From: an uncultured Gammaproteobacteria bacterium | GTDB lineage: Bacteria; Patescibacteriota; Microgenomatia; UBA10105; UBA927 | Assembly (NCBI GenBank): GCA_964596355.1 | Contig: CAZQTD010000001.1 | Location: 68,446 to 132,445 of the forward strand | Length of the DNA stretch: 64,000 nucleotides | Direction: 5' to 3' | In this document: one piece after another, positions 29,438 through 39,663 of the stretch | How positions within the stretch are numbered: the first letter of the stretch is position 1 | Layout: every line of letters begins with the position of its first letter | Program-made: the position numbers and the translations under genes | The notes under the pieces: generated by a model | What the model was told of the DNA's origin: nothing | Databases searched by the model: none | The model's input: the letters and a program-made list of their open reading frames with translations, nothing else

Positions 29438-29770
29438 TAGCACGTTAACAACTCAATGACTCTATGAAATCAGGTGAAATTCCTGATGCATAGAATGTTA
29501 TAAGTAGTTGCATCGTAAGGGGTAATCCAATCCGCCAGACGGCGGAGATTACCTTTACATTTTAATTTTGTTGATGATTGAACAGTGGACCGTCAGCAGA
29601 CGGATCCTTTGTTCTCTGCAACGCTACAAGCTGACAATGGATGCCTAGGGCGCTCATGCCGAGGAAGGACGCATATGACGGCGATACTCGTCGGGTAGGA
29701 GTCATAATCCGATCATCCGGCGATTTCCGAATGGGGCAACCCATCTATCGCAAGATAGAGACTGTATTGC

Positions 29771-29936
29771 AAAAACGGTTCGCATGGTGTTTATAAATAG
29801 TATTTTTTGAGATTAGACATTGGACAGTAGAAGTTGGATGAAGAAATTGGAAGTTAGAGATTAGAAAATCAAACCTCAAGCTTCTAATTTCTATCTGTCT
29901 ACCATCAAATTTATAAACAGCATGCGGATCGGGATA
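29771..29936 (+). other. 23S intervening sequence in helix 10
   Basis: About 165-nt hairpin closed by CTGTATTGC/GCAGTACAG, containing inverted 7-bp arrays. Confidence 0.8.
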
Positions 29937-30239
29937 GCAGTACAGGGGATACCATCCGAACTGAAACATCTCAGTAGGGTGAGGAAAAGAAATCAAGCAC
30001 GAGATTCCGTTAGTAGCGGCGAGCGAAAGCGGAACAGCCTAAACCCGCAAGGGTGTTGTGGGTCAGGAGTTATGGGATGTGTTGAGGATAGGAGAATACT
30101 GTGGAATAGGTAACCAAAGGGAGTGAAAGTCTCGTATCCGAAATCCAAAACACCTCTATTCTGTTCCCAAGTACCATGGGCCACGAAGGGCCTGTGGGAA
30201 GCTGGGTCAACCACGATCCAAGGCTAAATACATGAGTGC

Positions 30240-30278
<39 letters not shown>

Positions 30279-30335
30279 CACCCCGGAAGGGGAATGAAAG
30301 AGTACCTGAAATTGTCAGCTAACAAACAGCGAGAG

Positions 30336-30456
30336 GCGTGCTTTGCACGCTGGTAGTTCATTGTTCATCGTTCATGGTTCATAGCCACAATGAATTTTTC
30401 ATTATACCTATGAACTAATAACTATGAACCAATAACTATCAGCATGCAGAGCATGC
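30336..30456 (+). other. 23S intervening sequence in helix 25
   Basis: Long hairpin of GTTCATn x4 / CTATGAA-CTAATAA arrays replacing the short helix before GCGTGCCT. Confidence 0.8.
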
Positions 30457-31070
30457 TGATCGCGTGCCTATTGAAGAATGATCCGGTGAGTTTTCCGTCA
30501 ATGCGAGCTTAACCGCGTTCAACGCGGGAAGGCGCAGTGAAAGCGAGCCCTAAATAGGGCGACAAGTATTGGCGGACAGACCCGAAACCAGGTGAGCTAA
30601 CCATGAGCAGGGTGAACCCCGCAGAAGTGCGGGGGGAGGCCCGAACTCGTCAGAGTTGCAAATCTGTGAGATGACTTGTGGTTAGGGGTAATATGCCTAT
30701 CGAACCTGGAGATAGCTGGTTCTCCCCGAAATATATTTAGGTATAGCGGTATTGTTATCTCATGAAGGGGGTAGAGCACTGAATGATGTCGGTTTCGCAA
30801 GGAATCGGCATCAATCAAACTCCGAATACTTTCATGAGTATCTTGCCAGTCAGACATGCACGGCTAAGCGCGTGTGTCAAAAGGGAAACAGCCCAGACTC
30901 ACATCTAAGGTCTCTAACTGCATGCTAAGTTGGTAAGGAAGTCATGGTTTTAAGACACCCAGGAAGTTGGCTTAGAAGCAGCCACCTTTTAAAGAACGCG
31001 TAACAGCGCACTGGATGAAAGCCGTGGCGCCGAAAATGATCGAGGATTAAGCATGCGACCGACGATTGAG

Positions 31071-31168
31071 CTTTCGGAGAATAGAAAACAGAGGAAGGAA
31101 CAGTTGCAATTCCGTCAATTGCGTCATCTAAATGCGTTGTCTGTCCTTTGTTTTCTGTTCTCCGGAGG
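31071..31168 (+). other. 23S intervening sequence in helix 45
   Basis: CTTTCGGAGAATAGAAAACAGAGGA / TCCTTTGTTTTCTGTTCTCCGGAGG stem before GGGTAGGGGAGCG. Confidence 0.78.
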
Positions 31169-31902
31169 GGTAGGGGAGCGTCTTCTGTGCGGTGAAGGTC
31201 AGGCTGTAAGGCCGGCTGGAGCGCAGAGGAGTGCGAATGCCGGAATGAGTAGCGTTTGAGGGTGAGAATCCTTCATGCCGAATGCGCAAGGTTTCCGAAG
31301 CAACGTTCGTCGACTTCGGGTAAGTCGGACCTAAGGCGAGTCCCGCTCCAAGCGGGGGTAGCTCGATGTAGAAACGGTTGATATTCCGTTGCAACTGTGT
31401 GTCGATTCAGACTCAAAGGAATGACAAAGGGGGACAGGTCTCGCCGTGTTAAGCGCGGCCAAGCTTCAAAGTAGCGATAACTGGCAAATCCGTTATTGTG
31501 TTAAACATGAGGAGCGATGGGGAGGTCAAACCGCAAGGGGCGGCCAAGAGAGATAGTTTCGCTTTCGAGAAAAGTTTCGTTGAGGAGCACATAGTTTCCG
31601 TACCGCAAACCGACACAGGTGCGCTGGTAGAGTATACCAAGGCAAGCGGGTGATCGTGGTTCAAGGAACTCGGCAACAAAAACTAGGCGTAACCTATGGG
31701 AGATGCCTTGCCCAGCCACTGGCTGGGCCGCAGTTAACGACGCTAAGCGACTGTTTAACTAAAACACAGGTCTCTGCGAAGCCGCAAGGCAATGTATAGG
31801 GGCTGACACCTGCCCAGTGCCGGTAAGTTAAAAATAGTTGATGACTTGAAGCAATTTGAGAAGTTAGCTATTTAAGCTCCGGTGAACGGCAGCAGTAACT
31901 AT

Positions 31903-32636
31903 TAACACAGTTAGTAGTTGTAAAAGTTGACTAAATGCTGGAAGAGCCGTACCTAGTTCTGAGAAAAATCGAAGAACGAACGGTTGAAGTATCTGACGCT
32001 ACCAGGTATACTGGTAACAATGCGGTCAGTGCGGCAAATCAGCAGGAAAGACTTGAAAAAGGAAAAACTTGGCTATTTCTTAGCAGGGTTTGTAGAAGGT
32101 GAGGGAAGTTTTAATGTATCTCTACGGCGGAAAGCTGACTACAAAGTCAACTGGCAAGTCGTGATGAGCTTTAATGTTTCGCAAAAGGATCCTACAATAC
32201 TTAAAATATTGAGAGAAGAAATTGGATGCGGGATTATTAAAGTTCGAAAACAGGATGGTCTTCACTCCTACGACGCTACAAATCCAGAAGATTTAATTAA
32301 GTACGTCATTCCATATTTTCGTAAATACCAGATGGTATCCGAATCCAAAAAGCGAAACTTTGCGATTTTTTGCAGAATTGCGAAACTTATGGAAAAAGGA
32401 GGACACAGAACGAAATCCGGATTAAAGCAAATCCTTCTTCTTCGTGAAGGAATCAATGAAGGGAGGGGAAGGACAAGAAAATATGGTATTCACGACGTAT
32501 TTCCTCTTCAAGAATCCTCAGAGACTACACGTCAACCCCCGCCTTCATCATAATGTATGAGGGATTGGCGGGGATGATATAGTCCGACCTCATGGGCGAC
32601 CATGAGAGCCGTACCCAATCGGCGTATAACAAAGTG
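31903..32636 (+). mobile_element. Group I intron at 23S position 1917 (E. coli numbering)
   Basis: Exons join as GTAACTAT|AACTGTTCTATGGTAGCG; terminal G; P AAATGCTGGAA, Q AATCAGCAGG, R TCAGAGACTACA, S GATATAGTCC. Confidence 0.92.
32020..32553 (+). CDS. Single-motif LAGLIDADG homing endonuclease (intron-encoded)
   Basis: YFLAGFVEGEGSF, FNVSQK, GCG, VIPYF...K...F..F motifs; start codon uncertain. Confidence 0.93.
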   Translation: MRSVRQISRKDLKKEKLGYFLAGFVEGEGSFNVSLRRKADYKVNWQVVMSFNVSQKDPTILKILREEIGCGIIKVRKQDGLHSYDATNPEDLIKYVIPYFRKYQMVSESKKRNFAIFCRIAKLMEKGGHRTKSGLKQILLLREGINEGRGRTRKYGIHDVFPLQESSETTRQPPPSS

Positions 32637-33296
32637 AACTGTTCTATGGTAGCGAAATTCCTTGTCGGGCAAGTTCCGACCCGCACGAAAGGTAGAACGA
32701 CTTAGCGACTGTCTTGAACCATTACCCGGCGAAATTGAAATGGCTGTGAAGATGCGGCCTACTTGCACATGGACAAAAAGACCCCGTGAAGCTTTACTGC
32801 AGTTTGGCACTGAGGACTTTATTTTGACTGTCGAGCATAGGTGGGAGACTTCGGTCGCAACATGGAATACCACTCTTCGAAATGAGGAAATCTTACTTAC
32901 TCCTGCATAAAAATCCAGGAGGAGGACACTGTCTGACGGGCAGTTTAACTGGGGAGGTTGCCTCCAAAACTGTAACGGAGGCGTACAAAGGTTGGCTAAC
33001 CCTGAATGGAAACCAGGGCGTGTCGTGCAAACGCGATAAGCCAGCTTGACTGCGAGAGTTACCGCTCGAGCAGATGCGAAAGCAGGTGTTAGTGATCCTC
33101 GCATCCCTCGTGGGAGGGAGCGGGCTTAACGAATAAAAGCTACTCCGGGGATAACAGGCTGATCGCTTCCGAGAGTCCATATCGACGAGGCGGTTTGGCA
33201 CCTCGATGTCGGCTCATCCTATCCTGGGGCTGGAGAAGGTCCCAAGGGTCCGGCTGTTCGCCGGTTAAAAGGGTACGCGAGCTGGGTTCAGAACGT

Positions 33297-33689
33297 AGGT
33301 GATACTGCGTTTGGCAACAGTGATGTTGCTTTAGTATCGGCTGTATCGGTGAAGCCTAATGTCATACCGAACATGACTATGGTAATACCGAGGGAAGTCG
33401 GTCTCATTGAGACTAGACATTAGACTTTAGAAGATTGAATTTGAAGTTTGAAAGATAGAAGATAGATTTACATGATTAAGACATTTCGAGATCTTGAAGT
33501 CTATCAAGAAGCATATCAGCTTATGCTGATAATCCATTTCACTATCTATTTTCTAATTTTCTATTGTCTAGCGACAATTGACTTGACCCCGTAGAGACTA
33601 CACGCCGACCCCCGCCTTCATCATAATATATGAAGGATTGGCGGGGTGAAGATATAGTCCATACCACTGGAAACAGTTGGAACAATATG
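33297..33689 (+). mobile_element. Group I intron at 23S position 2593, with no homing endonuclease
   Basis: Exons join as GAACGT|CGTAAGACAG; terminal G; P TATCGGTGAA, Q AATACCGAG, R GTAGAGACTACA, S AAGATATAGTCC. Confidence 0.9.
33472..33594 (+). pseudogene. Truncated four-helix-bundle (23S IVS protein family) gene inside the L2593 intron
   Basis: MIKTFRDLEVYQEAYQLMLIIH matches the family N-terminus (F.DL.V.Q.A..L), then runs into the right-hand 7-bp array. Confidence 0.7.
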
Positions 33690-34100
33690 CGTAAGACAGT
33701 TCGGTCTCTATCCTGTGCAAGCGCTCGATTCTTGAGGGGAGTTCTCCGTAGTACGAGAGGACCCGGAGGAACAGATCCCTGGTGTGTCTGTTGTCGGTAA
33801 ACCGGCATCGCAGAGTAGCTAGATCTGGAAGGGATAAGTGCTGAAAGCATCTCAAGCACCAAGCCCACCCCAAGATAAGGAATCGTTTGAGACTCGTTGT
33901 AGATGACAACGTTGATAGGCGAGGAGTGTACGCCCCGTAAGGGGCTCCAGCTTACTCGTACTAATCAGTCGAAGTTGCGGAGAACAAAGGAACGCACCAG
34001 TCGGTGCATTCTGCTTGTTCAACCAACGAAATGAATAAGAGGTAATCTACCGGGTTGCCCCTTATGATGTAACTACGTATGGAAAGATTTTGCGTTGAGA

Positions 34101-34219
34101 CCTTCGGTCTCTTGAGCCGTATGGAACCACCCTTTCCCATTCCGAACAGGGAAGTGAAACATACGAGCGCCAACAATAGTTGATCCGCGAGGGTCCGCGA
34201 AGATAGGTCGAGGCCGGGG
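34101..34219 (+). rRNA. rrf: 5S rRNA
   Basis: CACC..TCCCATTCCGAAC..GAAGTGAA conserved core; terminal stem CTTCGGTCTC/GAGGCCGGGG. Confidence 0.92.
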
Positions 34220-34243
34220 ATCCCAGCGCAACATCAGTGCCTA

Positions 34244-34957
34244 TCATTGAGACGCTGCAGACCAATTCAAATGCGCGGCATTGCCGGGTTTAGGCGATGA
34301 CGGTTCAATGCCAACACTGAGCAAATCTCCCGTAACAAACGCTTCGCTGTGTATTACATCAGAACATGCAGTATTCGCATCGGCTATGGTACACGTTGTT
34401 GGCGTATTCACTCCATTTTTTCTCAGTGTGATGACCCAAAATTTTCCAGTTCCCGGAGCAGAAGAGACATGAACAAGCAGGGTGTTGATGGTCCCTGCGC
34501 GAATCGGCACCTGTCTTTCGGCTTCGGTATCATGGAATGTAAATGACCCTGCTGTACTGTATGTAGGGCCGTTTTCATCAGGATTTCCTGCGCCAGCAAG
34601 CAGCATATATCCATTCATTCCCTGCGGCCCGGTTGGTCCGGTCGGACCTGTTTCTCCGGTTGCGCCTTGACTTCCTGTAGCGCCTGTGGGACCCTGACTG
34701 CCCGTTGCCCCGACTGCCCCTGAAAGCTTTAGTGTGACAAGCGTATCTCCCCTCATGCATTGATTTCTCAACAGTCCATCGCCAATGACAACAACCAATC
34801 CGCTCCGTTTAATACACAGTTCTAGCGTCTCGTGGGTATAGGGCTTGGGGAAATGCAGGCGGTTGAGGATATCGTCGTTGTCTTTTGCATACACAGTTAT
34901 TGATGGAACGATAAGCGAGGCAAGAGCAAGGACAATGACATATTGAACATGGTTCAA
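34244..34957 (-). CDS. Secreted collagen-like protein
   Basis: Signal peptide, about 13 Gly-X-Y triplets (GATGSQGPT...), beta-rich C-terminal domain; RBS AAAGGAGGTGA with TTG start. Confidence 0.8.
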   Translation of the reverse strand: MNHVQYVIVLALASLIVPSITVYAKDNDDILNRLHFPKPYTHETLELCIKRSGLVVVIGDGLLRNQCMRGDTLVTLKLSGAVGATGSQGPTGATGSQGATGETGPTGPTGPQGMNGYMLLAGAGNPDENGPTYSTAGSFTFHDTEAERQVPIRAGTINTLLVHVSSAPGTGKFWVITLRKNGVNTPTTCTIADANTACSDVIHSEAFVTGDLLSVGIEPSSPKPGNAAHLNWSAASQ

Positions 34958-35230
34958 ACGAATTCACCTCCTTTCGCAATAACTATATTCCTGTTAGCGA
35001 GCGGTATTTGTTCTAACAAAGAGCCAGCGCACCGTCACTATAAATGTTTATGACAATAAATCAACTGGTGTAAAGCATATACGACCATATCGCACATGTC
35101 ATGCCAAGAGTAATACTGTTTTTTTTGCGTGATGACGGTTGGAGTTGGGCGCAAGTACGCAGTTCTTCTTGAGTTCGGTGCGCGTTTCCGATATAATACC
35201 ACTATTCCAAACGAAAGGCGGTAGGTGTGA

Positions 35231-36427
35231 ATGCGAAAAAAACAGAAAACAGAACGTCGAAGTGAGAAATTAGACAAAAAAAATTCACCTTCCAAGCGCA
35301 AACCTCAAGATCCAGCATCCAGCGTCAAGCGTCCAGCATCAACACATGCACCCCAGACCATGGACGAACTGCTTTCCATGACGGGCTATTCCCTCAAGGG
35401 TGTCAAAAAAGGAGATCAGGTGGAAGGCGTCGTTGCGCGCGTGACTCCCAAAGAAGTTACCATTGACATCGGCAGTAAAACCGAGGGCGTCGTCATTGAC
35501 CGCGAGCTGGAGACATATAGAGACGCGCTCATGATGCTTACGCCCGGGGAAAAAGTGGTTGCCCAGGTGATTGTGGCGGAAAACGACCGCGGGCAGTCGG
35601 TTTTATCACTTCGAAAGAGCATTTTTGACAAGCGGTGGGAGGCACTTGCTGATCACCAGAAAAGCGGTACGCCGGTTGACGTCATCGTCAAAGAGGTGGT
35701 GCGCGGCGGGGTTTTGGTGGATTTCGGCGGACTTCGCGGGTATATCCCGCAGTCGCAACTTGACGGTGGCCTTACCAAGCAGCTGGATAAAATAATCGGC
35801 CGGAAAATACAGGTAAAAATCGTTGAAGTTGATAAAGCGACGAACCGACTCGTTTTTTCCCAGCGCGCCATTTCTGACGGTGCGCTCCTTGCCAAGCAAA
35901 AGGAAGTTCTTGACGCGCTTGCTGTGGGCGATACGGTGACGGCGACGATTACCGGCGTTGTGCCGTTTGGCGCATTTGCCAAAATCAAAGTTTCCAAAGA
36001 TGAAAAGGAGTTTGAGGTAGAGGGCCTCATCCACATCTCGGAAATCGCATGGGAAAAGGTCGAAGATCCCGGCCAATACCTGAAAGTCGGCGACACGGTG
36101 AAAGTAAAAGTGATCGGTATTGATACGGAAACGGGCAAGCTTACCTTATCCTTAAAACAGCTTCTGCCGGATCCATGGGAGAACGTTCTTGATATGTTTG
36201 AAAAAGACAGTAACGTCAAAGGGACGGTTTCCCGCGTGTCGCCCTACGGGATATTTGTCACATTAAGCCCGGGGATCGAGGGGCTCATCCACATCAGCAA
36301 AATCACCCCGGGCGAAGAGCCCAAAGCAGGGGATGAAATGACGTGCCTCATTGAAGACATTAAACCGGAACAGAGGAAAATCAGCCTCTCTGTGGCGTTA
36401 ACCGAAAAGCCGATAGGGTATAGATAA
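35231..36427 (+). CDS. rpsA: 30S ribosomal protein S1 (4 S1 domains)
   Basis: TMDELL, GYIPQSQL, PFGAF..EGLIHISEIAW, LSLKQL..DPW. Confidence 0.92.
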   Translation: MRKKQKTERRSEKLDKKNSPSKRKPQDPASSVKRPASTHAPQTMDELLSMTGYSLKGVKKGDQVEGVVARVTPKEVTIDIGSKTEGVVIDRELETYRDALMMLTPGEKVVAQVIVAENDRGQSVLSLRKSIFDKRWEALADHQKSGTPVDVIVKEVVRGGVLVDFGGLRGYIPQSQLDGGLTKQLDKIIGRKIQVKIVEVDKATNRLVFSQRAISDGALLAKQKEVLDALAVGDTVTATITGVVPFGAFAKIKVSKDEKEFEVEGLIHISEIAWEKVEDPGQYLKVGDTVKVKVIGIDTETGKLTLSLKQLLPDPWENVLDMFEKDSNVKGTVSRVSPYGIFVTLSPGIEGLIHISKITPGEEPKAGDEMTCLIEDIKPEQRKISLSVALTEKPIGYR

Positions 36428-36535
36428 TATCAAAGTGGATTGTTTCACAAACAGGGCGGTTCCAACTGCGCGCACGGCAAAATTTCTGGATGAACGATAG
36501 ATCGTCATTTGCCTGTCAGCAGTTTTTACGACGGG

Positions 36536-38182
36536 TCACCGAACGTTATACATCGTCACCGTGGCGTTATTCCACACCGGCGTAAGAAACGGGTACTGCA
36601 TGGGGTGCGTTTGAAAAGCTTTTGATTCCGTGTCATCAAACACATACCGTATGTCGTTGTCATGGAGGAACGCGTATGCTTCATCATTCGTCATCTTGGA
36701 AGCGTAAAAGAGCGCAGTTTTATCCATTTTTTCATTCCAACGATATGTAAGGAAATAATATCCGACAAATGAGATGACTGGAGTAAAGCTCGGTATCACG
36801 TTTGATAACACCTCTCCGGCTAGGATATGGGTATCAGGGGGAATTCGTTTGTCCGCCTCGCGGATGGCTTCCATATAGTCGGCCGGAAGGTAAATATGGG
36901 AATAAAACGGAGATTCTCTCATAGCTTCGCTCCACATGGTTTTGCCCCATACCCCGACCATGAAAAAAGAATACAGGATATACAGTATTGTGACGGAGAT
37001 AAGGAGCGCCTTTGGAACATATGTTGGGAGAATTGATGTTAGCGCGTAGGTTGCTGTGATAGCAAGCGGGATTTGGATGACGCAATGGATGAGCCTAAAT
37101 TTACTTATCACCAGCGGGTCAAGAAATGGATACATCAGAATGGGCAATGCTGTCCAACCGGCAAGACTTAGCAACGCTATGTTTTTTTTGCGGACGGCAT
37201 ACAGCCACGTAATGATTGATGGAATAATAAGGGGAGCAAACGAAAGATACATATGATATCCAAAATACGGATCTGTGTTCCAAAACTGCGGTTCAAAGCT
37301 TCGATAGAACGACCAGACGCTATCAGTCACTGCGTACTGCTGGAAGAGCCAAATGACGCCCAGCGCAGGGGCAGAAAGGACGAGAACGGTTGCCCACAAA
37401 GGACCAATGTCTGCCATTGGTCTGTGACGAGAAAACAACGGTATCGTCTGGAGTAAACTAACGGTTCCTACAATAAACAGAAACGGTACGACGCCTTGAG
37501 GGATCATCAGTGCGCACAGCGCGCCGCTGATACTTGAGCCGACCAAAAACGTCATCTTTTTGGTGCGGCGGAAGCGGAAATACCAAGCGATAGCCAAAGC
37601 CAGAAATGCTCCGGCTACGGCGTAATGCGGTCTATTGTCTAATCGTCCCACGGCGCTCAAGTGCTCTTTCCACCACGGCATAAATGAGTGGATGACGGTT
37701 TGATCGTACAGCCAATCAGGGAGCGTCGTTGTGACCAGAGCGATGATGGTGGCAAGACTGGCGACCCATGGTTTTTTCAGAATAACGCGGGCAAGGTAAT
37801 ATATAGCGATGACAAACCCAGCCTCTGCCACCAGCTTTGCGAAATGATAGACATAGGGCGGCCACAGGTGAAACGGTCCGGTGATCCAGCCGAAGAAGAG
37901 GTAGTAAACATAATACGGAAGGGAAAGGACGGGTTCTGTGGTATTGGGGTTGCGATACATCGTGTAGCCATGTTGTCCGAGGGTGATTTTGGAAAGATAG
38001 GCGTGGTAGTCTTGAGCAAGACCTTTATGCTGCCATATGCTTGTTCTTCCCATTAAATCCGTCCGGGTGAAACGAGCAATCATTGGCATATAGCTCGTAG
38101 TGAGGATAATGAGGAATGTTACAATGATGGCAAGGTGCCACAGTGTCGCATTTCGGAAAAAGGGCTTGTTACTACGTGGCAT
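36536..38182 (-). CDS. Polytopic membrane protein (GT-C-like)
   Basis: DY..YLSK..G, N..TTEP, about 12 TM, C-terminal IRYV domain; start at MPRSNK. Confidence 0.7.
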   Translation of the reverse strand: MPRSNKPFFRNATLWHLAIIVTFLIILTTSYMPMIARFTRTDLMGRTSIWQHKGLAQDYHAYLSKITLGQHGYTMYRNPNTTEPVLSLPYYVYYLFFGWITGPFHLWPPYVYHFAKLVAEAGFVIAIYYLARVILKKPWVASLATIIALVTTTLPDWLYDQTVIHSFMPWWKEHLSAVGRLDNRPHYAVAGAFLALAIAWYFRFRRTKKMTFLVGSSISGALCALMIPQGVVPFLFIVGTVSLLQTIPLFSRHRPMADIGPLWATVLVLSAPALGVIWLFQQYAVTDSVWSFYRSFEPQFWNTDPYFGYHMYLSFAPLIIPSIITWLYAVRKKNIALLSLAGWTALPILMYPFLDPLVISKFRLIHCVIQIPLAITATYALTSILPTYVPKALLISVTILYILYSFFMVGVWGKTMWSEAMRESPFYSHIYLPADYMEAIREADKRIPPDTHILAGEVLSNVIPSFTPVISFVGYYFLTYRWNEKMDKTALFYASKMTNDEAYAFLHDNDIRYVFDDTESKAFQTHPMQYPFLTPVWNNATVTMYNVR

Positions 38183-38298
38183 TCCTTTAATTGTAGCACA
38201 CGACGTCGTTTGGATAGACGCAAATGCTTGCCTCTTTACGTTCAGAAATGGTGTACAATAGCTCAACGATACACTCGTATTCGTGATATACACCGCGT

Positions 38299-39630
38299 AT
38301 GAGCAAATTGAAATCGTCTTTCGTCTGCCAGCAGTGCGGGTATGAGACATCTTCATGGTTTGGGAAATGTCCAAATTGCGATACGTGGAATTCATTGGTA
38401 GAGACTGTCAAAGAATCACCGGGAATTAAGAATTCAGAATTAAGAACTACGAGCGGAAAGCAAGTAGCTCCGCAGAAACTTTCTGAAGTCAGACATATCG
38501 AGAAAAACCGGCTCAAGAGCGGGTTTGAGGAGTTTGACCGCGTGATGGGCGGGGGGATTGTGCCCGGATCTGTTACCTTACTTGCGGGCGATCCGGGGAT
38601 TGGCAAATCGACGTTGCTCCTCCACGTGCTTGCCAAAACAGGCGGACTGTACGTTTCCGGTGAAGAATCGGCAGAGCAGATTAAGCTGCGGGCCAAGCGG
38701 CTGGGGATACGTGGTGAAAACATAGAAATTCTTGCAGAGACGAACGTTGAGTTAATTTCTGATGTTATTGGTGCTTATCAAAATCGAACGCCCACTGTCC
38801 ACGCGTCAGCTTCTTTGGTTATCATTGATTCCATCCAAACGCTTTCCTCCGGCGACCTTGAAGGGATGGCCGGAAGCGTTGGGCAGATTCGACACTCGGC
38901 GGAAGTACTCATCGGCGCTGCGAAAAGCTTCGGCGTGCCGGTTATTATCATCGGACATGTGACAAAAGAAGGGGCGATTGCCGGTCCCAAAGTACTTGAA
39001 CACATGGTTGATACTGTCCTCTATCTTGAAGGCGAGCGGTTTGCGGATGCCAGGATTCTGCGGACGCTTAAAAACCGGTTCGGGGCAATTGAAGAAGTGG
39101 GCATTTTCCAAATGGTAGAAAAAGGACTAATAGAAGTAGAAAATCCCAGCGCGCTATTTTTGCAAGATCGAGTAAAAAATGTACCGGGCAGTGTCGTCAC
39201 TGTTATTTTGGAAGGGACGCGGCCAATGCTCGTGGAAATTCAGGCCTTGACGGTTCCAAGTCAGCTGGCAATGCCAAGGAGAGTGGGAAACGGGATTAAC
39301 TACAATAGGCTGCAGCTTCTCGTGGCAATACTGCAAAAGCGTCTAAACCTTCCGCTTGGAACGTTTGACGTATTTGTGAACGTAAGCGGCGGCATAAAAG
39401 TAGAAGAGCCGGCTGTGGATCTGGCAATCTGCATGGCGATACTTTCTTCATTTAAAAACAAACCGCTTGACAGTCAAACCGCGGTGTTTGGCGAGGTGGG
39501 CCTGCTTGGCGAAGTACGACGGACGACCGGAGAAGAGCGCAGGACCAGAGAGGCTAAACGGTTAGGATTCAGCACCATTATTTCTCCCAAGGCGCTCCGT
39601 TCTCTCAAACAGGTAAGCGCCCTTCTGTAA
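38299..39630 (+). CDS. radA: DNA repair protein RadA/Sms
   Basis: CQQC..CPNC Zn finger, GDPGIGKST, KNRFG, Lon-like C-terminus. Confidence 0.96.
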   Translation: MSKLKSSFVCQQCGYETSSWFGKCPNCDTWNSLVETVKESPGIKNSELRTTSGKQVAPQKLSEVRHIEKNRLKSGFEEFDRVMGGGIVPGSVTLLAGDPGIGKSTLLLHVLAKTGGLYVSGEESAEQIKLRAKRLGIRGENIEILAETNVELISDVIGAYQNRTPTVHASASLVIIDSIQTLSSGDLEGMAGSVGQIRHSAEVLIGAAKSFGVPVIIIGHVTKEGAIAGPKVLEHMVDTVLYLEGERFADARILRTLKNRFGAIEEVGIFQMVEKGLIEVENPSALFLQDRVKNVPGSVVTVILEGTRPMLVEIQALTVPSQLAMPRRVGNGINYNRLQLLVAILQKRLNLPLGTFDVFVNVSGGIKVEEPAVDLAICMAILSSFKNKPLDSQTAVFGEVGLLGEVRRTTGEERRTREAKRLGFSTIISPKALRSLKQVSALL

Positions 39631-39663
39631 AAAAACGTCGAAAAACCGCGTATGAAGGGGTGA

